This document shows, piece after piece, positions 1 through 11,053 of a DNA stretch of 64,000 nucleotides. A program made the position numbers and the translations under genes. The DNA is from an uncultured Nitrososphaerales archaeon (GTDB lineage: Archaea > Thermoproteota > Nitrososphaeria > Nitrososphaerales > Nitrososphaeraceae). Each line of letters starts with the position of its first letter. Position 1 is the stretch's first letter. A model generated the notes under the pieces. That model ran no database searches. It saw only the letters and a list, made by a program, of their open reading frames with translations, and was not told the origin of the DNA. Where the stretch lies: positions 32,001 to 96,000 of the forward strand of contig CAWJCY010000013.1 in assembly GCA_963841565.1 (NCBI GenBank), given 5' to 3'.

Positions 1-10
1 GCAACCACGG

Positions 11-412
11 ATGCTGCCTGGTGGTTCCTACTTAATCCCTAATATCATCTACGCTACCAACAAGAGAATCATTGTATTTGAACAACATTCATCAGATCTC
101 GGTGGGGGCAAAGTAAGTATTCCATATGATATGATGGCCAGTATAAAATTAGAAGAAGGACCATACTCTACTTTGGCAGTCAAATTTGAATTGTCAGCGT
201 TAAGTAACGTGGCCGGACTGGGCATGATTCACGGAATAGTGGGAGGAAGAAATCGTAACGAAAGGATTATTGTTGCAATTCCTAAAGCGAAAGCTGAAGA
301 ATTAATTGAGGCAATACTTTTTGCAATTCGTAGAAATAGTGTCAGAATTAGACTCCCCACATTTGAGCGACATAAAAGTTGGAGGCGTGAAGTAGAATGC
401 AGGCTAAGGTAA
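11..412 (+). CDS. PH-domain-like (bPH) hypothetical protein, probably 5'-partial
   Basis: IYATNKRIIVF...IPYDMMASIKLEEG pattern typical of prokaryotic PH-fold proteins; frame is open to the window edge. Confidence 0.55.
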   Translation: MLPGGSYLIPNIIYATNKRIIVFEQHSSDLGGGKVSIPYDMMASIKLEEGPYSTLAVKFELSALSNVAGLGMIHGIVGGRNRNERIIVAIPKAKAEELIEAILFAIRRNSVRIRLPTFERHKSWRREVECRLR

Positions 413-663
413 ATTTTGATCGTTAAATGATCATGAGCCAATTATTGAGTTCGCAAAGTTGAGCCATTTGACAAAAGTAAATAGCGGGTTATTTGCTTCT
501 TTCACAAGACAGTTACTGAAGGTGAAACATTGCGGAATCACATTGAAAATTGGAATCATTCTAAAGACAAGTTACTGATAACCATTTAAGATTGGAAATG
601 TAATGACAAGAAGCTTTAGGCGACTAATGAAGGTCTAGACTTGTACAAGAATCTATTTTTAGA

Positions 664-1011
664 CTAACTAACTGTTTCTTCTATACTTGAACTCTTTAGG
701 ACACCAGAAAGATCCTTAGATATAGTATCAATTACTCGACTTACCTCTTCCTTGCTCTCTGCTTGATATATGGCGAGAGCCAATACCTCTATTTCTTTCT
801 GCAGAGCATTTATCATTTTTGATTCAAGCTCAAAAAACCGATAAAAGTTGGCAAGTTCTTCAGCAAGTGTTATACAAAGAGGGATTATAACTTCGCTTGA
901 CGCATTCTTTCCTACTAGGCCCTTGAATTGCTCAACCAAATTATTGACAGCCTGACGCCTCTGTATGAAAATTTGCGCTAATGTCTCATTCGTAGATTCT
1001 ACTTGACCCAT
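664..1011 (-). CDS. hypothetical helical protein
   Basis: 115-aa ORF with ATG start and amphipathic helical composition. Confidence 0.55.
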   Translation of the reverse strand: MGQVESTNETLAQIFIQRRQAVNNLVEQFKGLVGKNASSEVIIPLCITLAEELANFYRFFELESKMINALQKEIEVLALAIYQAESKEEVSRVIDTISKDLSGVLKSSSIEETVS

Positions 1012-1092
1012 ATATCATTACCCCTTAAATCTAATAAAGAAGAGCAACCTTACTTAAGGTTTCTTCTGTTTGGGAATACATCATTAATCTGC

Positions 1093-1479
1093 TCATTCTT
1101 TGGATTGCTTTGCTTTCACAATAGGAAATATTTTTTTTAATATGATGTTGTCATGATCCGAACGAGTGTCGAAGGATACCATTAAGACTGGATAATCATT
1201 ATTTTCGGTGTATATAGTGGCACGTTTAAGGTTTTCATATAGTGTGAATGAATAAATCACCTTACCGAGCTTCGATTCCATTTCCATCCTACTATTCATT
1301 CTCATTACAGTATCAATGGAGTATATCTCTGACTCTGTCTGATTCAAGTAGGGAACAAGACCGTCTCGGTATTTAACAGCTACTTGCTTGCCATATTTGT
1401 CGGCGATACCTACAAATCTTATAGAGTCATCGGATTGGATAATCTGGTTGCAGAGATCATCTAGTTCGGTGCCGGTCAT
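1093..1479 (-). CDS. DUF6659-like (roadblock/profilin-like) thaumarchaeal protein
   Basis: C..I...D.SIRFVGIADKYGK...R.GL.PYL...E and LGKVIYSFTLYE..KRATI...LMVSFD pattern. Confidence 0.75.
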   Translation of the reverse strand: MTGTELDDLCNQIIQSDDSIRFVGIADKYGKQVAVKYRDGLVPYLNQTESEIYSIDTVMRMNSRMEMESKLGKVIYSFTLYENLKRATIYTENNDYPVLMVSFDTRSDHDNIILKKIFPIVKAKQSKE

Positions 1480-1544
1480 TCAACTACCATTTGTGTGGCG
1501 CATTTAATAAATGAATATAAACTAATTCCTCGGAATAAGTCATA

Positions 1545-1874
1545 TTGAAAAAGGTAGACGCAATCGTAAGAGCAGAGAGAATGCCTCTTATAAAGGAGCG
1601 TCTAAGGAATATGGGTGTAGCAGGGATGACCATATCAACTGTGATGGGTTGGAGCAAGACTAGGGAGCTTCACCTCCAGTGGAGAGGTCAACCTGTATCT
1701 TATGACTTAATCCAGAGGGCCAAATTTGAATTAGTCCTTCCTGATTCCCAAGTCAAAGAAGTCGTAGAGGCTATAATAGAATCTGCAAGATCCGGGAAGA
1801 ATGGTGAACAAGGAGATGGAATAATTTTTGTCTCAAATGTTGATCATATAATGAATGTCAAGTATTTGGGATAA
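1545..1874 (+). CDS. glnB: P-II nitrogen regulatory protein
   Basis: MKKVDAIVR, GVAGMTISTVMG, T-loop WRG, KFELV, GDGIIFVS; TTG start. Confidence 0.92.
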   Translation: MKKVDAIVRAERMPLIKERLRNMGVAGMTISTVMGWSKTRELHLQWRGQPVSYDLIQRAKFELVLPDSQVKEVVEAIIESARSGKNGEQGDGIIFVSNVDHIMNVKYLG

Positions 1875-2004
1875 TGAATTAGCGTTAGATTATGTTACCT
1901 TATTGACTGCTCGTTTTTGATGTTAGCCGGGCCTGCCTCTTCGTACACCCTTATTCTAAATACAATCCTAGAGTAAATTCATTGATGGCAAAATTAGTTA
2001 AATG

Positions 2005-2341
2005 TTATGGGAAGGGGACACCTGTTGTAGAGGGGATCTTAGATTCAATGTCACCACTTTCCTTCTCCTCTTTCTCTTCTTCATTGTTGCCGCCGTTGTC
2101 ATTATCATCGTTATTGCTATCTTTTTCATCACTGTCATCTGTAACAGAAGAATCCTCGGATGAGCGTGAGGACGAAGTTGAGGGTGAACAATCCACTAGC
2201 GAACCAACATCTCTATCACAAGATGAGGATGATTGAGCTTGAACTTCGGGAGTACAGCGCTGAGGCGATTTAACCCTACAGGAACAAGCACAAGTAACAT
2301 TACGATTATTACTAGGGATGACTTACAGCCTTTTTCTTCAT
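2005..2341 (-). pseudogene. small secreted acidic protein with C-terminal PFP, frameshifted
   Basis: ATG at 2341 (MKKKA), hydrophobic SSLVIIVMLLVLVPVGL in a second frame, then PEVQAQSSSSCDRDVGSLVDC... D/E/N-rich tail ...TTGVPFP in the 2005..2196 ORF frame. Confidence 0.5.
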
Positions 2342-3021
2342 TGTGCATCTCGCGCAATTGGTTTTACAACCTTATTTTTAAGACCATTGTTATTTGATTT
2401 AAGTACTTGTCTACGTTAACATTATAATATAATATAATTCTGCTCAATTTTATTTCGCGCACCCAATCTTGTCTGATGTCTCTAATCGACTTCTGGCTCT
2501 CGCAATGACCATTTGGTTTAACAAGACTCTAACATTTCCAAAACACTAAAATCTTTTACATCCAGCTAAGCGCAAATTGAATCCACTATAATGAAAAGCA
2601 ACTCCATAGAAACTTATTGCCCCCTCATAGGCGTTGAGATTTAAGCACTATTTTCTATATGTTCCTTGATCTTAAGCTTATCTTACCTTTCCAGATATAA
2701 GTATTGAATATGGCAATTTTTGGAATGTGCAATTGGAATAGCATTATCTATAATGATATCCTTTGATCTTAAAACTGGAGAAGGGTTCGCGTTTAATTCG
2801 ATTGCTTGTGTGTTTAGGCGTTACCAGAATATTGTAATTTAGTTAGACCCAATACACCATCACTAGAGTGCGAATCCCAAATGCAATTACCACTTGAAAA
2901 CATTGCAGTAAAAGTGTTAGCTAAGTTTATAACTAATACACAGTGCCTAACGGACCAAATATCGATTGTAGGAAGGGCATTTGCTCTTCCAAGCAGCAGA
3001 GAAGATTAATTACATTCTTAT

Positions 3022-3333
3022 ATGTACTCGTATGACAAAGCAAACATGGAGAACAAATCAAGACTTGCGGTTGAAACTTTCTCGGCCGATACTGACTATT
3101 CTGCTCAAAGCCTTGCAGAGGAGAGTGATTTTAGAAATAGGTACATGCAGGAATTAAAAAAGAAAAGACAACATGGTTTCAATAACTATTTTGGTATTGA
3201 CGAGCTTCTCGAGGAAAGGAGACAAGTGAACCAACAACAAATGAAGACTCCTGGTCGTCGAGGAGAGATAATAAAACATGAGGAAATTGACAAGGAGATA
3301 TTAAGACGATTAAAAAACGAAACACAAATTTAA
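3022..3333 (+). CDS. hypothetical charged protein
   Basis: 103-aa ORF, ATG start, protein-like composition. Confidence 0.6.
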   Translation: MYSYDKANMENKSRLAVETFSADTDYSAQSLAEESDFRNRYMQELKKKRQHGFNNYFGIDELLEERRQVNQQQMKTPGRRGEIIKHEEIDKEILRRLKNETQI

Positions 3334-3611
3334 TCTGAGAACTTTCTGTGTCTTGTTTTACTCCTGTAGTTTAGGAATCTTAAACCTCTAGGCCATATCC
3401 TCTCAAAATCTGCTAAATGCCAAGATGGAAATTTTCATATTCATTCTCGAGTAAACTGCAAATGACCACTGGACTGAACATCTGAAGATCACCAAGATCT
3501 ATATGTGAAGGTTAAGTAATGTTTCTCGCAACTATATAATTTCGCTAATCATATTATGTCAGTTTTGCTCTTTCTCCAACTTTGTATATTTATCCAAGCA
3601 TATAATTAAGT

Positions 3612-5369
3612 TCAGTTGCGTTTCACAAGCACTGCGTCTCCAGAATCCATGCTCTGCCAAACCACGTCAAATCCTAATATTGAAACGAGTTCGGCATGAC
3701 AGACTTCGGGGATAGAATTTTCAGATAGGATGGCACATGCCTCAGTAAATTTTGTAGTACTAGTTAAGAGCTTTGCTAACGCTTTTGCCTTTGACTTTAA
3801 TAAAAACCACGAATCTATTCTCAAATACTCCTCGGCGTTGTCTCTGAATGCAATTGCCATAGCAATTTCAATTGGTACTTGATATGTTTCCGAAATTTCT
3901 TCAATAGAGATAACATCTTTAGTGCCGTCAAATCTTATCCTTAGATCTGAAGTAGAAATATTTGATTCAATTTGCTGTTTGTCAATTGATTTTAAATATT
4001 CTTGTAACTTCTTAACAGGAACTGACGCTTTCCTGAAAAATATGACTCTGCTATTCGATAGGCCATTAATTGACGGATTGAAGAGCTTAGAACATGAAAG
4101 CTCTTCGTCCACCGCAACAAATAGATCGACGTTACTATTACGGAGAATATCGCTAATTTTTTGAAATTTTTTTTCCAGGTACTCTTTAGTCCAAAATCCT
4201 ACAATCTCCAGATATACCTTTCGACCATACTTCTCAAACAAGAAATCAGGGATAAATGCAACGCCATTGCCGACAATTAGGGGATCAGGCTCTCTCTTAA
4301 TTTTCCATCTATTGGCAAGGTGTTCGAACCTAATTGCAAATTTTTCTTCGAGGGAACTGTCATAGTATGAAGATGATGGTCGACTATTGATACTGCTACC
4401 TAGGTAATTCTGAGATGGTTCCCTCAATTTGAGTTGCTGAAAATCTGCAGATGAAGCTTTAAATTCGTATATCTTCTTGCCAGACATTGTCTTTCTAACT
4501 ATAGACGCATTCAATTGCCACCATGAAGATGAAATGATGAACGGAATGAGTTTCGCTATGGATGTTCCATATCTATCGGTCATCTTAAATAGGCTGACAG
4601 GACCATCAATTGAACACATCAACTTGCTATCGTGGACACTATTATCTTTCATATTGGCATGAACTAGATGCTCTCTACTCTTTTCGGAACTAAGATATTT
4701 GGCATCAGGGCTCTCACTCCCAGTCACCTGCTCCTTCAAACTGTACATTAAACCTAGACGTTTCACTTTTCTCAGAATATTCTTCCAACTTGCCCCTCCT
4801 TTTACGCTGAACTCTAACCTAGTACACGTGAAAAGCAAAGTCTGCAGTAGCGACAGATCGTACCACCCTAATAATTCTTCAGAACTGACAGAATCGAACA
4901 ATTCTAGGATCAAATTTTCATTGAGGTCGCTCCACATTGATTGCATTATGGAAGCCGGTGAATTCATGGTCCTCGATGAGATCGCACTTAGAATCTCGTC
5001 ACGGCGAGACTGGGTAAGTCCAAAACCACGTCTTGACGATTCCTCCCATAAAAGCCTCCGAATGTCGGCAGGATATGCTATGCTCTCGCAATTCCCTTCC
5101 CGTTGGCCTATGGTTGTAATGAACTTACATCTTCTTTCCAGTAAAGTTGCAAGTCCCCTTACAAGTCTATAGTCATCAAAATTTCTTTCCAATAGTGAAA
5201 TCCTTTCGTTTAGAGTCTTCTTCATTTCCTTATTAGCAGCTGATTCTTCGAATTCATTAATCATTATTCTCGCAAGCTCTAAATGTCCAGACCTATTCTC
5301 TCCACAACTAAAGAGGGGAATTATCTCTCCCTTTCTTGTCTTTACTCTCAGTAATTGACTAGGCAGCAT
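3612..5369 (-). CDS. bax1: DUF790 family endonuclease (Bax1-like, XPB partner)
   Basis: MLPSQLLR start, YRLVRGLATLLERRC, DGPVSLFKMTDRYGTSIAKL, YDSSLEEKF, REPDPL, FIPDF...YLEIVGFWTKEYLEKK nuclease motifs. Confidence 0.88.
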   Translation of the reverse strand: MLPSQLLRVKTRKGEIIPLFSCGENRSGHLELARIMINEFEESAANKEMKKTLNERISLLERNFDDYRLVRGLATLLERRCKFITTIGQREGNCESIAYPADIRRLLWEESSRRGFGLTQSRRDEILSAISSRTMNSPASIMQSMWSDLNENLILELFDSVSSEELLGWYDLSLLQTLLFTCTRLEFSVKGGASWKNILRKVKRLGLMYSLKEQVTGSESPDAKYLSSEKSREHLVHANMKDNSVHDSKLMCSIDGPVSLFKMTDRYGTSIAKLIPFIISSSWWQLNASIVRKTMSGKKIYEFKASSADFQQLKLREPSQNYLGSSINSRPSSSYYDSSLEEKFAIRFEHLANRWKIKREPDPLIVGNGVAFIPDFLFEKYGRKVYLEIVGFWTKEYLEKKFQKISDILRNSNVDLFVAVDEELSCSKLFNPSINGLSNSRVIFFRKASVPVKKLQEYLKSIDKQQIESNISTSDLRIRFDGTKDVISIEEISETYQVPIEIAMAIAFRDNAEEYLRIDSWFLLKSKAKALAKLLTSTTKFTEACAILSENSIPEVCHAELVSILGFDVVWQSMDSGDAVLVKRN

Positions 5370-5824
5370 TTCTTAATTGTATAAACTGACAAAGATCAGC
5401 CATTATGTTGAGCATAATTAACCTTATAAAAATGGTCGTTCCCCACCAATTTAAATTTTTTTCAACATATTTAGAATATGGAGAAAGAATATTGGAAATT
5501 AAGTTGGTTCTCTGTCGTGTTTGTTCTTTAAGATCTTATTCATTCCTTTCTCCAAGTTCCACGACGCTAACATCTCACCTACATACTATGGTATTAACCA
5601 AAAGTTTTGTTCTTTTCATCCCAGAATACTTGATCGCTGTGGTAAATGAACGATATCTGATCATTGCTAATAATGTCTGTCCCACTCCGGCACTGGAGCC
5701 AATTGCAAAGTGCGTTAATGAAAATGAACAAGTGCGGTCGTGGAGTAAATTAATATTAAAATTTGAAGGATCCAGCTGTCTTGCAATCGGAAAAAAGGCT
5801 TGGGAGGCCTCTACTTCAGTCTTA

Positions 5825-6533
5825 TTACCTTCCTATACACAGACCACTTGGATTACTTGTCTCACAGCTGTTGTCTACATACTGATTTGCATTGATATTT
5901 GTTGGTAGTCCGTTTGCATTGTTAAGGTCAATTACATTCTCAAGTACGTTATTTGCTGATATTGTATTCTGTATGCTCTGTCCATCAAGAAATACTCCAT
6001 TCTGACTTCCAACTACATTGTTCATTCCTATGTTGGACTGTTGTGAGTTGACAAATGTTATTCCTGCTAGCAAGTTTCCATTCATAAGGTTTGAGTCTAT
6101 AGCAGCACCTGTACTTGAGTGAGATGCTACACCTATACTATTACCTTGTATGATGTTTTGTTGTACTTGTGCATTTTCAGCTCCTGTCATAAATGTACCT
6201 ATCTGGTTGTTAGATAGTATGACAGAATTAATCGCAAATCCAGTTGCTCCAGTAAGAAGTACTCCTGCTTGGAAGTTGCTGATTGAACCAGGTCCATTTA
6301 CTACTACATTATCAACATTTGGTACCATAATTCCAACTTTAGAGTCTGTCCTGTCCAGGTCCTGTGATTGAGAATCCATTCATGTTAATTACTGTGTTTG
6401 GACCACCTACTATGATACCATCTCCACTGCAGTTAAGATTTGCAGTTAGATTTACTACTCCGCTTACGACTTGTCCACATGCTGCGTTAGTTGATGCTTC
6501 TGGAGTCCCACCACCTTGTTGTTGTGCAGCCGC
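5825..6533. repeat. dispersed ~0.7-kb repeat, copy 1 of 3 (others 15447..16154 direct, 60479..61149 inverted)
   Basis: manual alignment to copy 2 gives about 8 substitutions plus 1 indel. Confidence 0.95.
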
Positions 6534-6644
6534 GGTTGGAATATTTACCGCAATGATGCTCAAGGTCAAGAGGGCAACCATTCCTGATGCTACAATTATT
6601 GATGAAATCCTCCGACTTCTTTTATTAGTTCTACCTTGCTCCAT
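5825..6644 (-). pseudogene. secreted right-handed parallel beta-helix (NosD/pectin-lyase-like) protein, copy 1, with a 1-nt insertion near 6345
   Basis: ORFs 6339..6644 and 5825..6379 join on removing one base (agagTctgtc here vs agagctgtc in copy 2); signal peptide, CGQVV...LNC cap, N/G-rich repeats. The frameshift may be a sequencing error. Confidence 0.85.
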
Positions 6645-6671
6645 TCCTAATCGAAGAATGATGTAGTATTA

Positions 6672-6689
6672 GTATTATTTATGTGGATG
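6672..6689 (-). promoter_or_regulatory. conserved promoter element CATCCACATAAATAATAC of beta-helix copy 1
   Basis: same motif lies 27-28 nt upstream of the ATG in all three copies and contains a TATA-like core. Confidence 0.7.
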
Positions 6690-7315
6690 TATGAACTGTG
6701 CCCAAATTATGATTAATTCGTTTTGATCATAAATTTTGCCTTTAGCTGTTATTCGTAAAAGATTCCAGGTACATTATACAATTCTATAACTATAATCTAC
6801 TAGTTCCCCTATCGTAGCGGAATTTCGACAATATTCATGTAGCGAAGAACCATTTAGACAATTACCATATTTATCACGGTAAGATGTGAGTCGATTGCTC
6901 ATCAGGAGAACTTATCAGTGCGCAGATTTCATGGTTATTAGTTCAGGGACAAAGGCGCTTACACCGAATTGAACCAGAATTAATTTTTTTTAGCCTATCT
7001 CTATGAAATCGTGGTTGATACCCATTGCCCAGGCCTGTGCAAGGCTTGTCAAGTAAAAGAATGAGTTAATTCTTTTACGAATGATTCTAGAGATTTGTTA
7101 TAAACCTCTGACAATACTCACAGAATGAGATATTTTAAGTGATATTGATTCGCAGACCAATTGTCTTAGACTATTGTGAACCTCTGGTATGGCGAACGAA
7201 TTAGAACAAATTACTTCAATTGGATATCATCTATCAAGCTCACCGCCGCGTCTTCGAGTTCTTCTCTTCATGCAGTACAGAAACATTTTATTCTACCCTC
7301 ACTTTCATTTAGCTA

Positions 7316-8377
7316 ATGCCTATTTCAAAAAACTGAAGCTCATCATAGTTTCCATCGGAGTCATAGTAGTGGCTGGAAGTGTTTTGTTACTGCTCTATAC
7401 GGAGTATAACATTACGTTCAATTCACCATCTGCAGAAGAGAGCAGACCTATAAGAATAGCGTGTTCTGAACCTTGGGTAGGCTACGTCCCAATTATATTG
7501 GCCGTGGACAGATTCTTCAAGGAGAATAACGTCAAGGTGGAATTGATACAACCTGAGAATCAGACTACAACAGAAGAGTCATTTCTTAATGGATCAGTCG
7601 ATGGGCTATGCAGCATATTTACAACCACCATCTTTCAGAATTCAGAAGGAGTAAATTCTAGATTAGTATGGGTGTTGGATTACTCGGGTACCGGTGATGT
7701 TATCCTAGGTCCAAAGAATATGACAGTTAAAGATTTAAAGGGAAAAAAAATTGGGGTTGAAGGCCTTAATACATATTCTCATATTTTTGTATTACAAACC
7801 TTGGCCAAGGCTGGTTTATTTGAAAAGGACGTTCAATTTGCAAATATAGCCACCCAGGATATGGTAAAGGCTCTTAACGCCAAACGAATTGACGCAGGTC
7901 ATACGTTCGGACCAGCAAAAATTGCTGGTATTGCGGGGTGGGTATGATATTCTAGCGACTGCCGAAGATGCACCAGCGATTATCGCAGACGTTCTCCTTT
8001 TTAATTCCAAAGTAGTTGAGACAAGACCAGAAGCTGTAGAAGCTGTAGTAAAGTCGATTAATCAAGGAAAGGAATACTTTGATCGTAACAGGGAGCACGC
8101 ATACGTGCTTCTTTCAGATTTTTATAATATGACGACAGAAGAAGTACAAGATGGGTTTGAAGGGATACAGGTTCTTGGATTAGAAGATAATATTAAAGCA
8201 ATGAACCGATCGAGTTCAAATGTTCGCAACTTTACAACATTGTATGAATCAGGTAATATTATAGCCAATTACTTACTAGAAAAAGGTCAAATACGACAAA
8301 TACCGAATTTCGATGATATCATAGATCCGAAATTCATTTATGCTATTTCTAGAAACGAAACAATCCATGATGGTTAA
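7316..8377 (+). CDS. NitT/TauT (NMT1/SsuA-like) solute-binding protein, frameshifted
   Basis: N-terminal anchor, PWVGYVPIILA, LDYSGTGDVI, DLKGKKIG, IDAGHTF; ORFs 7189..7947 and 7889..8377 join near 7940; probable start MPISKK at 7316 needs one more A in an A-run. Confidence 0.8.
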
Positions 8378-8384
8378 CTGATTT

Positions 8385-10268
8385 ATGCAAATTCGATCAA
8401 GACTCTTCATTATCATGATATCTCTTGTTACGGCAGCTATTGTAGTTCCTTCAATTATAGCACTGAATACTTTCACAAAGAGTTTGGAAACCGAAATAAC
8501 TGAAGAACTTAAGATAAGTGCTCTAAACTCTATGGATAAATTGTCTAGACTCATGTTCGAACGCCTTGCAGACCTGAGATTTCTCACCTACCCAAGTAAC
8601 ACTGTAGTAACTAATTCTGACGATAATATCACTTTAGGGGAAAAGGTGGAATACCTGAGACAAATAGAAAAAGCAAATAAGGCATATGCCTCCATCTCAA
8701 TATACAACGCAAGCGGTATAAAAATTGGCGATACGCGAAGTATCGACATTGGTGTAAACGATTCGGGAGAACCATTTTACAAGAATGCCGCTAATGGCAC
8801 TTACTATCACGATAGTGTCCCCACCTATTCTAGGAGTTTGGGTCAATACGTAATTCATTTCTCTGGTCCTCTCTACAATGTCTACAACAATGAAACAGAA
8901 GGAGTCATGGTTCTAAAGTTTCCGCTCAACAAAATAAATGAGATTATGCTTGAGGCAGGCGGGACGATATCAAGTGATGCAAATATAGAATTAGTTTCTG
9001 ACGACGGACTGCTAATCTACTCAAACAATGATCCAAAGGCTGTTTTACAAAAAAAAGTAACAGAATTGAAGATACTGGACAAACTTCAGAATTCGACCAA
9101 TAGGGTAGAGTCTGAAATAGAAGCTGGCGACAACGGTGGTGGAGAGGTTACGGATACAATATTTATCGGCAGTAATGAACCTGGATTCTTGGATTATAGA
9201 GGAAACAACTGGTCACTAATCCTTGGTATAAGCACAGAAGATGCATTTAGGAACGTTGCGCTGCTTAGGAACCAGTTTATTGTTGTAGCAGTCATTATCT
9301 TGTCCATCTCTACCTTCCTAGTTTTTCTATTTGCAAGAAGCATTTCTAGACCAATAATAAAGCTGAGAGACGTTACGAATGAGGTTAGTAAGGGCAACCT
9401 TGGGATGAAGGTGGATATCCAAAAAAGCGGCGGTGACGAACTCATACAACTGTCATCAAGCCTCGAAAACATGAGGAAGACCATATTAGCCAGAACCGAA
9501 GAGGTCTTACGAGCAAATGAAGAGCTCAAATTAAAAGATAGATTGAAAGACGAATTCATTAACGTAGCCGCGCACGAGTTGCGGACACCCATACAACCAA
9601 TATTAGGGCTATGTGAAGTTCTTCGTTCCATAATAAGAAAAGGTAGTACTAGGAGTTCAAAAAGCGAAGAAGAAGAGCAGCTGTTAGATATTATTGTTAA
9701 GAATGCAAAGAGATTGCGTGGACTTGCTCAGGAGATATTAGATGTAACTCGAATCGAGAGTAAGGGGTTTGACTTGAATCTGGAATCCTTTGATCTTGTC
9801 GCATTGTTATCCAATATTGTGACGGACAATAGAGAGCAAATATCCAAACTTGAACGAAACATAAGTATAACATTTGAGTTTGAAGGGGAATACGAAAGAG
9901 GAGGAACAAATACAATTTTTGTGTACGCTGATAAGGAAAAAATTACTCAGGTCATTTCTAATTTGTTTGGAAATGCTGTTAAATTTACGAAGGATGGAAG
10001 TATATCAGTTAAAGTCAGCATAAATAAAGAAAATAATGAGGCTGTAATATGCATTAAAGATACTGGCCAGGGGATCGATCCGAGTATAGTGCCTCATTTA
10101 TTTACGAAGTTTAGCTCTAAATCCTTCGAAGGGATTGGATTGGGATTGTTTATTGCAAAGAATATAGTCCAAGCTCATGGAGGACGAATATGGGCTGAAA
10201 ATAATCCTGATGGTAAAGGTGCTGCGTTTTTCTTTACTTTACCGTTGTCACCACCATCCCAGTCCTAA
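8385..10268 (+). CDS. membrane sensor histidine kinase (TM-Cache-TM-HAMP-HisKA-HATPase)
   Basis: two TM helices, ISRPIIKL..DEL HAMP, AAHELRTPIQPI H-box, NLFGNAVKF, IKDTGQGI, GIGLGLFI. Confidence 0.95.
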   Translation: MQIRSRLFIIMISLVTAAIVVPSIIALNTFTKSLETEITEELKISALNSMDKLSRLMFERLADLRFLTYPSNTVVTNSDDNITLGEKVEYLRQIEKANKAYASISIYNASGIKIGDTRSIDIGVNDSGEPFYKNAANGTYYHDSVPTYSRSLGQYVIHFSGPLYNVYNNETEGVMVLKFPLNKINEIMLEAGGTISSDANIELVSDDGLLIYSNNDPKAVLQKKVTELKILDKLQNSTNRVESEIEAGDNGGGEVTDTIFIGSNEPGFLDYRGNNWSLILGISTEDAFRNVALLRNQFIVVAVIILSISTFLVFLFARSISRPIIKLRDVTNEVSKGNLGMKVDIQKSGGDELIQLSSSLENMRKTILARTEEVLRANEELKLKDRLKDEFINVAAHELRTPIQPILGLCEVLRSIIRKGSTRSSKSEEEEQLLDIIVKNAKRLRGLAQEILDVTRIESKGFDLNLESFDLVALLSNIVTDNREQISKLERNISITFEFEGEYERGGTNTIFVYADKEKITQVISNLFGNAVKFTKDGSISVKVSINKENNEAVICIKDTGQGIDPSIVPHLFTKFSSKSFEGIGLGLFIAKNIVQAHGGRIWAENNPDGKGAAFFFTLPLSPPSQS

Positions 10269-11053
10269 ACAAGAAACTATAAAGGTTAACAGAGGATGCC
10301 ATAAAAAATCTAGCAATCCTATATCATTACTATTGGGTTTCAAATATCATGTTTTCCCCTTACTTCCTTATTGCTATAAGATTTATCATCTGTCGACATC
10401 CTAGTTTTGCAATATCTAGGCAGTTTGGAATATTAAACACACAGATGCTTCGAAAGAGCGTAGTGAAAAGATACTTCAGTTAAAGAAGTACTAAATAAGC
10501 AAACTGTCTGAGCATAAACAAGGAGGGTGATATGTGTGAGGCAGCTAATAGGAACATAGAGATTGTATAAATGACTTCATTTTTCAACTAGTCTGTAGAC
10601 ATAATTAATGAATTACCAATTAATGAGCGGGACGCAATCGGGCCCAGGATAAAGATTGATACGAGCTTAAACAAGTAAGATATAGAAAATATTGGCCAAG
10701 AATATCCAATAATAAACATCAGTTTGTCTTGGAGGTATACATTACATAGACTTGTTGAGGAGATTCTTGTGCGGGAATAAAAACATCCCTTGACATACCA
10801 GACCAATATTAAGAGGTATCGAATACAACTCGTTCCAAGAGTCCCATATCATGCAAATATTTGATTCTTTTAGAATCTTTCATCAATTCTACTAAGTCAA
10901 CACATTCTTACGTTTTCTTCAATCGCGATAGGCCAGATACTCGGTAACTGAAATTTACAATACGATACGTAATTTGATGTGAGAAGTTAGTCTGCGATTG
11001 TATCTCCTCTTCTGCTCTCATAGTATTTCCAAATATAATTCACAAATACCGTA

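Noticed and set aside
1982-2236. Ser/Leu-rich plus-strand ORF, and similar antisense ORFs at 30835..31302 and 34770..35291
   Set aside because: Antisense shadows of acidic or Pro-rich low-complexity coding regions.
5405-5908. 167-aa plus-strand ORF
   Set aside because: No recognisable motif, atypical composition, overlaps the 3' end of beta-helix copy 1 in antisense.
7920-7950. Programmed frameshifting in the split genes
   Set aside because: No consistent slippery heptamer or stimulatory structure; indels are scattered across unrelated genes.
10588-11022. Possible gene downstream of pyrE
   Set aside because: Frames are broken by several stops and no family is recognisable.
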